DNA from: the human T2T-CHM13v2.0 reference genome, Homo sapiens | Assembly: GCF_009914755.1 (NCBI RefSeq) | Contig: NC_060947.1 | Direction: 5' to 3' (one strand) | DNA: 64,000 bases | Shown: piece by piece, positions 1 to 12,381 of the stretch | Numbering within the stretch: the first letter of the stretch is position 1 | How the letters are laid out: the number at the start of each line of letters is the position of its first letter | Notes under the pieces: model-generated | Database searches by the model: none | What the model was told of the DNA's origin: nothing | The model's input: the letters and a program-made list of their open reading frames with translations, nothing else | Program-made: the position numbers and the translations under genes

Positions 1-2
1 GC

Positions 3-302
<300 letters not shown>

Positions 303-537
303 TAAAGCATGTTTCTTTTAGCTAAGTAGTGTAACTGGAGCTTCTTACTATTAAACCTGGCATTTATAAATACTTGGTCCAGTAATTTTATCCACTGTCA
401 GTATTTAATAACTGGTTAATGTTTTATGCACCTCTGATAATTAATTTTAAGTTACAAACAATTGTCCAACAGCTCTAATTTTAAAATGAAACTACATATT
501 AAAATAAATTTGATACTTTTTTATGAAGAGAAAAAAA

Positions 538-811
538 TTAGAAGAGAAACCTCTTAAAATGCCATAAATGTACATCTAGTAGTGAACAAGAAGTCATATT
601 TAGACTTCAGGAGGATTTTTTATTAGCACACAAATATTATTTTTTAGAAAGACAATGTAACACTCTGAGCATTTTTCTCAGGGAATGCAGAAACAACCCC
701 TGAATCCCAGAACACCCAAAATAAGTTGGCATTTCAGATTCCAGTGGCATGTGATGTTTACTAGTTGTGCCTGCTTCTAAACTTACAGGGGCTCAGAACA
801 AGAAACTTGGA
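538..811 (+). repeat. Copy 1 of a ~275 bp diverged local direct duplication
   Basis: Colinear with 2308-2582 from TTAGAAGAGAAACCTCTTAAAATGC to GCTCAGAACAAGA(A/G)ACTTGGA; roughly 80% identity by eye. Confidence 0.9.
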
Positions 812-1119
812 CTAGACTCCCAGACACCTGGGTTGGTCATAAGGGTGGAGATTAGAGCCAGGCAATGATGTAGAGACATAGATTACAACCAGATTTTGAG
901 CTAGCAAATACTTAAAGCCAATGTCCTTTAGTTTTTTTTTATTGAAAGTGAGACAGAAGTTGCTTTTCTATTAGTCAACTTTGTATCCCGCTTTATGTTG
1001 AAAATAAAGAATTTCATAAAGTTTAGCTTATTTTCAATTGTGTTATTCTACACTGTTCTCACTATAAATAGTTATCAAAAGTTAATCATACTAAGAACGT
1101 GACAACTGCATTCCTGAAC

Positions 1120-1232
1120 TGGGGCCTTTGCACGAGCTTCCTATTCCCTCTGCCTGGTCCACTTCTTCCAGATGACTGCACAGCAAACTCCCTCACTGCT
1201 TTCAGTTCTATGCTGAAATGTCACTTCCTCAA
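1120..1232 (+). mobile_element. L2 LINE 3' fragment
   Basis: GGGCCTTTGCAC...TTCCCTCTGCCTGG...CTCCCTCACT...AAATGTCACTTCCTCA resembles the L2 3' region. Confidence 0.7.
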
Positions 1233-1396
1233 AGTTTGAACTAAAATGTCTCATTCAATACTTGAATGTTCTATTTTTCTGGTTTCAGGTTGAGAAAATC
1301 ATTGCATTTTTTAGGTCATGCTTTCCACTAGTTTTCTTTCGTGATTTTTAAAAAAATTTTCAGACAACTTTTGGGAAAGCATATTAAAGGGTTTAA

Positions 1397-2303
<907 letters not shown>

Positions 2304-2307
2304 ATTT

Positions 2308-2582
2308 TTAGAAGAGAAACCTCTTAAAATGCTCTAAATATATATATCTAGTAGTGAACAGAAAGTCATATTTGGAGTTTTACTGGATTTTTTATTACAG
2401 CATATAAATATTATTGCTCAGAAAGACAATATAACACTGAAAATTTTTTCAAGATATGCAGAAACAACACCTGAATCGCAGATATCCCAGAGTAAGTTGG
2501 TATTTGAGATTCTAGTTGCACGTGATGCTGACTAGTTGTACCTGCTCCCAAACGTACAGGAGCTCAGAACAAGAGACTTGGA
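2308..2582 (+). repeat. Copy 2 of the ~275 bp local duplication
   Basis: Aligns to 538-811. Confidence 0.9.
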
Positions 2583-2609
2583 GTATCTGAGGAGTGGTGG
2601 GGGCAGATT

Positions 2610-2927
2610 ATGAGAAGGTGAAGGGAGGAAATACATAATGAATAAAAGTTGCCTTGGTATGCAGATATGTCTTCAGGTGATTAAAAAAAGTTCTTTCAGA
2701 GTAGTTCTCCTCTTGGTACAGATGCGTTTATTAACGAAAATTTCCTTTACAAACAGGGAGTTTTACAGTTTGCAATTGAGGGGGACGTGGGAAGCTTTTC
2801 CCTCTTTGGCCGGTTCTCAACTTCTTTTAGCTCAAAGTAATCAATATGCCAAAGTGGTATAATTCGGAGTAGCATATCCTGATCTTCCTCAGTCATATTT
2901 TGGGACGGCATATCCTGAACCCCATCA
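2610..2927 (-). mobile_element. ERV1 MER4-group LTR fragment (MER34/MER92/MER93-like)
   Basis: Reverse complement begins TGATGGGGTTCAGGATATGCCGTCCCAAAATATGAC...ACTTTGGCATATTGATTACTTTGAGCT. Confidence 0.65.
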
Positions 2928-4139
2928 ATACTTTCTCTATAGTCCAGAAATTTTTCTCCAAGATATATATTTTAAATTCTCACTTGGTAGATAAGGGAGC
3001 ATAGGGGAGAGTGGGATTGTTTTTTTCAGGGGAAAGTTAGCCCAAAATCCAAAATGTACAACCGATAAATCCACAGAACTCTTGTTGAAGGGCCCTGCCT
3101 GGGTGTCCTCTTGCCTCTCATTTAGTCCATGATGCAGAATTAGAAATGGGCTCCTTAGAAGCAGATTCAGAAAACTGCTAGTTAACACCAGCACATGGGC
3201 TTTAGGAATCCTAAAGAAGGCACCAAAGCATGAATAAGTAGACATGAGGAATTACACATTATAGGATTGGCATGTGTACAAAGGAGGGGGTAGGTGAAGG
3301 ATGAGATAGTGAGTGAGTCCTGGGAGTTGCATGTTCAAGTAGCTGGAAGATGTTGGGCGATGCATCTAAGCTCTTACTGAGAGACAAATGCTCAGGATTT
3401 ATCTTGCACAGTGATGAGCTCATTCCCATTTTTACCTCCTTCACTCCATAACCTGGCTTGTGCTTGTAAAACAATGTACTTTTCTCTTCCATGATAGAAT
3501 ATTGGGATGCATAATTTAATTATTTTACTCCTTCAAATGCTCCAATTTCACCCTTGGGGTAGAAGGAGGTAGACAAGGAGGGTAAGTTGTAGAAACCCCA
3601 GCAACTTTTTAATTTCACAGAAATTAGTTTTAGACAACGTTGTGTGGCCGAGGGATCAGAACAGCTCATTCTTGCAGATGGCTTGTTTACTGCTAGAAGA
3701 GACTTTCAAAAGGAGAGTGGACCTTGTGTGAAATCCAAGTTAGCTGAACCTACAGTAGGTTCCTTCACTCGAATAAAGTGACCTGATGCCATTGCTTATC
3801 ACTGTCTCATATCTTGGTCAGATTGTTCTGCCCCTGATAGCCAGATGTTCTCGCCATGAGTTCCCTTTCACCCTTTCTCACCTTCCTTCTTTTTTCTTCA
3901 TCTCACAATGACTTAAAATGGCTCCTCTCCCACTGAAACAAGCAATGACATTAAGAGCCACACTGTTGGCATCCACCACAGAACGTCCTGTGGAATTTGT
4001 CTAAACTGCTATTTACCTGGGCCCCAAGTAGGAGGGGTGCTGGTGAGATAACTTTCACTCCAATTTGCAATTTTGAATGACAAAAGTGGTCAAAGTACAG
4101 TGGGAGATTGTTCTGTCTCTCAGGATCTCTATTTTTTTG

Positions 4140-6375
4140 TGTGTTTGTTTGCTTTGTTCTGATATGAGTGGAAATGCCTCTAGTGTTTTCTTTTTACATA
4201 AAATATTGGTTTTAGAACTAAGGAGTGTGTGTGTGTATTTAATTTATATATGTAATTTAGTAATTTATTTATATGTTTACAGTGTATATGTAAATTAGTG
4301 CATAAATATTTACACATATTATAGCCTCATTTTGTATTATAGCTTTAAAATTTTGTCAATGGCTTTTCCAGCATCTGTAGAAATAACCAGATGTACAGTT
4401 ATTTTTTGGCAATATATCAATCTGGTGTATGTTACTAATGAATTCCTTAATATTGACCCATATTCTTGGAATATGGTATATTATTTTCTTACTGTAATGT
4501 TGAATTTTGTTTGCTAATATTTTGTTATTTCTTAAAATTTACACTCAAGTGATATTGGTCTGTAGTTTGCATTCATGTACTGTCTTTATCAGGTTTTGCA
4601 TCACAAAATTAATAAGGAAGTTTTTCCTTTACTCTCAATGCTCTGAAACAATATGTAGAACATTAGAACTATCTTATCTTTAAGTGTTTGTTAGAGTCTT
4701 CTTGGGAAAACATCTGGACACTGTTTTTCTGTAGGGCTATTTCTTAATGATATTCTCAATATTTTTATATGAAAATCGATCTGTTTAAGCTTTATAATTC
4801 TAGTAGGGTAAATTTGGTAATATGTATTTCCATACGACATTACCCATTTTATCTTAATTTTCAAATTCATTTCTATAGAGAAAAATCTCTTCTGCTTCAA
4901 CAGTTCTTGTCATTTCTTAATTGGTATACTTGTACTTTATCCCTTCATTTCTTGGACAAGTTAGCTAGTGGTGTTTCTGCTTTTTTTTTTTAATAAAGTG
5001 ATTTTGATTTATTAATGAGGTCTATTTTATTCTATTCTCAATCTCTGCTTTAACCTTTATAGTTTCCTTTCTCGTGCTCTCTTTTGGTTTACTTTGTTCT
5101 TTCCTAGCTCTTTTTTAAAAACTTATGAGTTTTCCTGCAATCACTGCTTTACATATATCTCTTAGATTCTGATACATACTGTTTTCATTGTCTTTATTCA
5201 TATAAATTCTGTAATTTTTTTCACTCGCGTCCGTGTGAAAAGACCACCAAACAGGCTTTGTGTGAGCAACAAGGCTGTTTATTTCACCTGGGTGCAGGCG
5301 GGCTGAGTCCGAAAAGAGAGTCAGCGAAGGGAGATAGGGGTGGGGCCGTTTTATAAGATTTGGGTAGGTAAAGGAAAATTACAGTCAAAGGGGGGTTGTT
5401 CTCTGGCAGGCAGGAGTGGGGGTCACAAGGTGCTCAGTAGGGGAGCTTTTGAGCCAGGATGAGCCAGGAGAAGGAATTTCACAAGACAATGTCATCAATT
5501 AAGGCAGGAACAGGCCATTTTCACTTCTTTTGTTGTGGAATATCATCAGTTAAGGCAGGAACCGGCCATCTGGATGTGTACGTGCAGGTCACAGGGGATA
5601 TGATGGCTTAGCTTGGGCTCAGAGGCCTGACAATTTTACTCTATGTTTCCCCTTCACCCAGGAGTTGTTTCATAGAAGGATTTTTCATTTCCAGGTGAAA
5701 GAGCTAATTTGTTTTATATGTTTGCTCGTTTGTTTTTGTCAATAATTTCCAGTTTTATTATATTGTGATCAGATATGTTATTTGAACTATTTCAACATAA
5801 TGTACATTACTGATGTTTTCTTTGTGATCTAATGTAGGATTGGATTTTGAGAATGGATTAATAGGTGCTTGAGCAGAAGGCATGTGAGGATGTACAGCTC
5901 ATATATGTTCATAAAATCTACTTTATTAATCAAGTTGTTTAGGTATTTTTTCTCCTTATTTTCTTTTTGTCCTTTTGATCTGTCTTGCACTGACAGTGTT
6001 ATAGTAACATCTGTTATGATTACTGTGTTTTTATGTTTCCTTGAATATTCTGTAGTTTTTTTTCAAAAATATGGATACTGTCTACATTTAGTGCATAAAT
6101 ATTCACACACATTATGGCTCGCTCCACTTTGCAGTACAATGTTTAGCCACACACACAAAAATGTCCTTTTTGTCGTATTTAATGCTTTGGGGCTTAAATT
6201 AAACTTTGATGATATCCGTATCTCTATGCCTATGCTTCCTTTGTTTCCGTTTAGTATACCTTTCTCATTTGTTTATTTTGGCCCTTCTAAATTTCTTAAT
6301 TATAGGTATGTATTGTGTCCATGGCATATTGTTGTGGTGTGTTTTGTGAGAAAATTAAAAATATTTTAAAAAATA
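4140..6375 (-). mobile_element. Old L1M (L1ME-like) ORF2 fragments, interrupted by LTR7
   Basis: T-rich, degenerate antisense L1 motifs (GGAAATGCCTCTAGTGTTT, GATATTGGTCTGTAGTTT, AGTTTTATTATATTGTGATCAGA). Confidence 0.7.
5219..5632 (-). mobile_element. HERV-H solo LTR (LTR7)
   Basis: Reverse complement runs TGTCAGGCCTCTGAGCCCAAGCTAAGCC...CACACGGACGCGAGTGAAA, with TATAAAA and AATAAA; perfect 5-bp TSD ATTTT (5214-5218 / 5633-5637). Confidence 0.97.
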
Positions 6376-6393
6376 CATGAATGTATTAGTTAT

Positions 6394-6979
6394 TAGGGAG
6401 AAAAGTAATATATTTTTCTTACACATCACTAGGTTTATGGCTGAGACTCCTGTAACAAAATATAGATTAAAAAGAGAGAAGCGTAACAAATTCACTTAGT
6501 GTAAGTTGCACATGACACAGGAGCCTTCAGAAATGAAGACCCAAAAATTCAGCAAAAACTGTATTTTTGTGGACAGTCATGCAGAGGTACAATTAGAAGA
6601 CAAAAGGGTAAATGGTAAGAAGCTGCAGGAAACTTAGCAAGGCCTGTTTTTTTCAGATTCTTCTTGGCCTCTCTGTGTGACATTCCTTCCCTCTCGGTAT
6701 GGGGTAGTCTACTTGTCACATGAGGGTCTTCAAGGTAGGAGGGAGGGAGAAGATCAGAGAGTAGTAACCTTCCTAGGTTTTCTGGCCTGCTTCAGGGAAG
6801 AAGGAACAAGGGAAATTTCAGTTTCTATGGCCCACTTTATGAGAGAAGAGATAGGAGAAGGTCAGAGAGAACTTCCTGCTTTTTTGTTTGTTTGTTTCTT
6901 TGTTTTTCAGTTTACTTCAGCTTAAAATATTCAGTATGTCAAGATGCTATATTTTGGGATAGTGTTTCCTACCACATCA
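6394..6979 (-). mobile_element. MER39-like ERV1 solo LTR inserted in the MLT1 LTR
   Basis: GGAGCCTTCAGAAATGAAGACCCAA...TATTTTGGGATAGTGTTTCCTACCACATCA; 4-bp TSD TTAT (6390-6393 / 6980-6983). Confidence 0.8.
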
Positions 6980-8671
6980 TTATCTACTGCCAGACAAACA
7001 AACAACTCCACAACTTAGCAGCTTGAAACAACAAACATTTATTATGGTATGGTTTCTCTGGGTCAAGAATCAGGGAGCCTCTTAACTGGGATCTCTGGCT
7101 CACGATCTTCCATAAAGCTCCAATCAAGTTGTTGGCCAGGCTACAGTTATCTCAAGGTTCAGCACTTTAAAGATTCACCTCCAAGCTCTTCTAGTCGTTG
7201 TCAAGCCTCATATTCTTGTTAGTTGTTGGCTGGAGATGTCAGTTTCTTACCATGTGATCCTCTGTACAGGACAGCTCACAATATGGCATCTGGCTTCTCT
7301 CAGAACAAGTGAGCAAGGCAGTGAGAGAGAGTAAGACAAAAGCCACAATCTTTTTGTAACCTAATCTTTGAAGTGACATCTCATCACTTTTGCAATATAC
7401 TATTCATTAGAAGGTAGTGGGTAATTTCAGTCTGCACTCAAGGGAAGGGAATTACACAAAGGCTTGAATACTAGGAGGTAGCACTCTTTGGGGATTAAAA
7501 GCTACCTACCACAGTTTTCCTTCTGGCTCTCAATGATTCACTTCCTTTCCACATGCAAAATACACTCACCCCCTCTGAAGGTCCTCAAAATTCATAAATC
7601 ATTAAAGTACCAGCTCAAGGTTTAGAATCTCATTATCTAAATCAGGTCCGGGTGCTGCTACCTGGGTGAAGTTCCTCTTGTCTTGTGGACCTGTAAAACT
7701 AAATAGCCAAGTTATCTTCCTCCCAACACACCCAACATATAATTGTGGGACAGACATGCGATTAACACTGTAGATGTTCCTATTTAAAAAGGGAGAAAAT
7801 GGGAAGCAAAAAGGAATCACCAGTCTGCAGAAATCTTCAATCCAGCCAGGCAAATGTTAGATATTCCTTGACTGGGTCTGGGTACTTGGCTTTACATGCC
7901 TAGCTTTTTGGTTTAGCCTTCTGAATCAGAATTTGCAGCTGAGTGGTTTCCTCAGTTTGCTACCTACTAGTAGAATTTTGGGGGATCCAAGAACCTCTTT
8001 TCATTTTGCTTTCTCTTTGTCCCTTTCAGTCCCAGCTGGCAATATTTTTGCTGATACGGTTTTATCAATAACTGTTTGGGTCTCCTGTAAATTTCATTGA
8101 GGTTTACTTCATTAGAGAAAAACTACACCTACAAATCCCCTTGAGATAAGTTCTTCTCTACCTTGTGTTCCTGTCCATAGGGCTATGAAACAGCACCTTT
8201 AAGCTTTTGATTTAAAGGATCTGTAAGGCATACTCTTAATCTCTTTAAAGTGCCTTTTGTGTGACTGAATATAACTTTGAAGATCTAAATAGAATCTTTG
8301 ATATTTCTTAAATTTTAACAAGAGATTTTACAGTCACACTTTTCATTTTTGGACAACGATTCCTGGAAGTGCCATAGATTTGATCTTTACCCAGAAGTCA
8401 TTTCTTAATTTTAGCATTATTTGCCATTTGGAGAGGCTAAGATTTTCAAAGCCGTAAGTCCTGGCTCTTTTTAAAAGAACACCACACCCTTCCCTCAATT
8501 TGTCTCTCCCCTGTCACATTTTACTATAAGTATCAAGAAGCAACTAGGTGGTACATTCAACACTTTACTTAGAAATAACCACAGTTAGACTACCCAGTTC
8601 ATTAAGCACATTTTCTACTTCTCACATAACCACAGACAACAGTTACATTCTGCCACTACATTATAAGAATC

Positions 8672-8932
8672 CCAGCTTGGGCAACATAGTTAGACCCCAG
8701 CTCTACAAAAAAAAAAAATAATAATAATTAAGTAGAAAATAAAAATAAAATAAAATAAAATAAAAAGCCAGGTGTGGTGGCATGTGCCTATAGTCCTAGC
8801 TACTTAGGAGGCTGAAGTGAGAGGCTTGAGCCCAAGAGTTTGAGGTTACAGTAAACTATAGTCATATAATCATGCCACTGCATTCTGACCTAGATGACAG
8901 AGTGAGACCGTGTCTCTTAAAAAAAAAAAAAG
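8672..8932 (+). mobile_element. 5'-truncated AluJ inside the MLT1 internal region
   Basis: End of left arm, expanded A-rich linker, right arm and poly-A; TAAGAAT on both flanks. Confidence 0.85.
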
Positions 8933-9354
8933 AATTTTTTTAAGAATTTCCTTCCTCTGAGATTCCAATAACATTTTCCTCACTTTCCCTTAAGCGCTTG
9001 CTAGTATCTTCCTGAAAGTCCCAAATTTTACAGCGTGTTCAAGGCACTTTAAACATTTACTGACACTTTCCTCAAAATTCACTGCCCAGTTCCAGTGTAA
9101 TGCCCACAGTTTTAGTTATTTGTATGGCAGTACAAGACTTCCAGGTAACAAAATCTGTACTCATTATCTAGTGCTATGTAGCAAATTACCCTGAAATGTG
9201 GGGGCTTAAAACTGTAGACTTTTATCCCATAGTTTCTTAGGGACAGGAATCCAAGGATGAACTAGTAGGGTTCCTCTAGTTCAGATTATTCCATAGGGCT
9301 ATAATCATTTTGTAGATGGGTTTAACTGACTGTGGTAGGTGCCTCTAATGATAT

Positions 9355-10520
9355 GAGTATTATTCTTTTACTGTCATTCATTTTTACTAGTTTGTCTCTC
9401 ATCCATTTTGCTTCTTTCTTTGTCTTCATTATCTTACTTGTTTTCTTGACTTTTTTCTATGCTCCTTATTAAGTTTCACTTGAGTCTATTCTACCTTGGG
9501 TACCTTATTACTAATTCTTTATTTCTAAGGTATTTTGTCTTCACTTCAGTTCTTTCTTAAGACAATTCTCTTTTCATATATCCTTGGTTTGTTGTTGTTG
9601 TTGTTGTTTTCCATTTTCTTTCTTAGTGTTTGAATTTCTTACAAGGAGGTTTTTCATATCCTCAAACACATATTTGATTATATATTTAATTCTTACAGTT
9701 TTCTTCTGCTTTTTTTTCAGAGAGTTCTCTTTGTATGTGTGAAATTTTCTCATTTGTGTGAAAGTTTGTCTTCTGATTCTTAAGAATAGTTCTATATGAA
9801 TTTGCTGATTTTCATTTTGTTCATTTTTACTGCATTGGGATGTTTCACAAGATTCCTAGTTTAGTGATGCCCTTTCTCTTTACATAACAATTTCATACAT
9901 TGTAAACAGATTTGTTTGTTTGTTTAGGTGGGGTGGCAGGGCTGTGTGTCCTCTGGTTTTATGATTCTCTTTTGTTCTGTAGGATCCTACATTTTTCCCT
10001 TTAGTTTCTTTTTCCTTTCACCACCTAATTACCAAGTGGAGTTTCTTACCTTCTTTATTGACTTTTTTTCTCTTTCAGAAGCTATGTGTTTCAAAGGTTG
10101 CCCCTTTAAACCATAGGTACTTTGAAATCCCTTCCCTGTGATCCATGTTCTGATCTAGTCAGATGCTTTTTTAGAATATTCAGATTTAAGGTAGAATTAA
10201 TCTTTCTGAGGATAATTTTGGATCAGTTGGCTCCTTCCTTAACTTCCTTTTCTGTCTTCCCTACAGTTTTTCTCTTTGCCTCGTGGCTGGAGGGTGGGGA
10301 TTAAGGTGGTAGCATGGAAGATTGTACTGGAATTTGGTAATTTTTATTTTTTTAACCTATTGTAACTTGGAAGTCTTCGCATTCAATGTCTTCAAGTTAT
10401 GCAGAGGGCTTCTTTTGTGTAAATTTACATTTGCCATCTTGTTATTTGATATTGTTTTAGGAAGATACGGTGGGAGAGTGGTAGCTTGGTGACCACCATT
10501 GTCTTCAGCTACCTAGAAGT
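9355..10520 (-). mobile_element. Old L1M 5'/ORF1-region fragment (tentative)
   Basis: Strongly T-rich degenerate sequence continuing the L1M interrupted by the MLT1. Confidence 0.45.
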
Positions 10521-10858
10521 TCTCCTTTTAATTTTTTTAAACATTTCTAATTACTGTTTCAAATTTTGTGTTGGTTAAACTAGAAGTATTGAGAAGCCAG
10601 GGACTATGTACATCTTGTTCTGGTTTATTCCATTTGTCTAATACAGGTACAATTATTGTAGAGTCAAAAGAGCACTACACTTCAGTCTGACATAAGGAAT
10701 ACTCCATTCTGAAGACATGTGTTTACATACTTAGCCTATTTAGTCCTTAGATTCTTTATCAATAACCAAAGATCTCACACTATTGTTGTGGAAAAAGTTC
10801 AAGTATAAAAATATTTGACAATAGTTATTGTCCTATCTATGCTTAACCAACACTTATC

Positions 10859-10884
10859 CAACACACACACACACGCACACACAC
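10859..10884 (+). repeat. (CA)n microsatellite
   Basis: ACACACACACACACGCACACACAC read directly. Confidence 0.9.
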
Positions 10885-11236
10885 TCTAACTCTACATTAA
10901 TAACCTGTACAGTTTTCTGTTTTATCTTATGCAATCCTTAGTGTTTGATAATTACACTAAACCTTTTTATATGTAATTTTTCTGACTAATCTGTCATCAT
11001 GCTTTTCTTGTAAATACCAGTGTCTCAAGTCCCATTTCTTAAGATCTGGCTTTGGAAAATTGCTCTTGCATTTTCTTAATTTTATAAAAATGTGAAATAC
11101 AAATTAAAATGTTAGCGCATATTTTATTTTTCGTGAGTAGGTAGCCTATATTCATAGTTTATGTTAATGCAAAAAAGCTAGTACACTGAAAGCCTATTTT
11201 TAACTTGAAAATTTACGAAGTATAATAATCCTATTA

Positions 11237-11450
11237 GTAATAGTAATAACAGTTACACATATTGAAATTTTTACTATATGCCAGTCACCATTTTAAGTAC
11301 TTTTAAGTTAAGCTAATTTTAATCCTTACAACAATACTATGAGGTAGGTATTATTGTTTTTATCCTTATTATACAACTAAGCAAACTAAGTTAAGTAACT
11401 TGCTGGAGGTCACACAGCTAGTAAATGGTGTAGCCTGTGTTTGAACCCAA
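11237..11450 (-). mobile_element. MIR SINE
   Basis: TTTAATCCTTACAACAATACTATGAGGTAGGTATTATT...AAGTAACTTGCTGGAGGTCACACAGCTAGTAAATGG...TTTGAACCCA. Confidence 0.85.
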
Positions 11451-12023
11451 TGAAAAAGATGTTGTGAGTCAATTAGGCAAATGGTAAAATACTACTTATT
11501 CAGGTGGACGCCTCTTGAATCACTATTTAGTAAGCTAAAAATTTCTAAGAAATAGTAAATCACAAGCAGATAATATTACTTTAAAATACTCACCAAAAAA
11601 AGGTTTGAAGTCTTCCCTTTCCTGGACAGAGTAGGATACTAAGAAGCAAAGGGAAGAACAATACTCAAAGGGAGGGAATTGGAGGACATAAAAGGGTAAA
11701 CCTTCACATAAAGTGGAAGAACTCCAACTTCAGATAATAGTTAAATTTTTGAATCAGTCCGTCCTCAAGAAATAGCCCAGCCTTTTTGACTGTGATGTCT
11801 GAAATGCATAGCTTCAAGGCAGCCAATTAAGATACTCTTATTTTTCACAGCAGTTCGTTTTGGGATTCTTTGACTTGGAAAACAAATGAAGCAAATGAAC
11901 TTAATGACTCTTTCGTCAAAGTCTCCCAAATTATATCCATTGTATCAGTGAAAAATGCTCCAGGAGGAAAATAAGTTGCTCTGAGACACAGTGACAGAGG
12001 AAAGGAGGGAAAAGAAGCCCAGG

Positions 12024-12381
12024 TAATATGGTTTGGCTGTGTCCCCACCCAAATCTCATCTTGAATTGTAGCTTCCATAATTATCATGTGTTGTAGGAGG
12101 GACCTGGTGGGAGATAATTGAATCATGGGGGCGGTTCCCCCATACAGTTCTCGTGGTAGTGAGTAAGTCTCACGAGATCTGATGTTTATAAGAGGAAATC
12201 CCTTTCGCTTGGTTCGCATTCTCTCTGCCTGCTGCCATTTAAGAGATGCCTTTCACCTTCTGCCATGATTCTGAGGCCTCCCCAGCCACGTGGAACTGCG
12301 AGTCCATTAAACCTCTTTGTCTTTATAAATTACCCAGTCTCAGGTATGTCTTTATTAGCAGCGTGAAAACGGACTAATACA
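12024..12381 (+). mobile_element. THE1 solo LTR (THE1B/C-like)
   Basis: TAATATGGTTTGGCTGTGTCCCCACCCAAATCTC...GAAAACGGACTAATACA; TSD CCAGG / CTAGG. Confidence 0.95.

Larger units (their letters stand above)
6382..9352 (-). mobile_element. MLT1 (F/G-like) MaLR element: 3' LTR 6382-7513, internal 7514-9155, partial 5' LTR 9156-9352
   Basis: LTR ends TGTATTAGTTAT...CTACCTACCACA; MaLR internal sequence (CACATGCAAAATACACTCACCCC ... CCAGGTAACAAAATC); second LTR starts TGTACTCATTATCTAGTGCT; TSD ATGAA / ATGAG. Confidence 0.8.
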
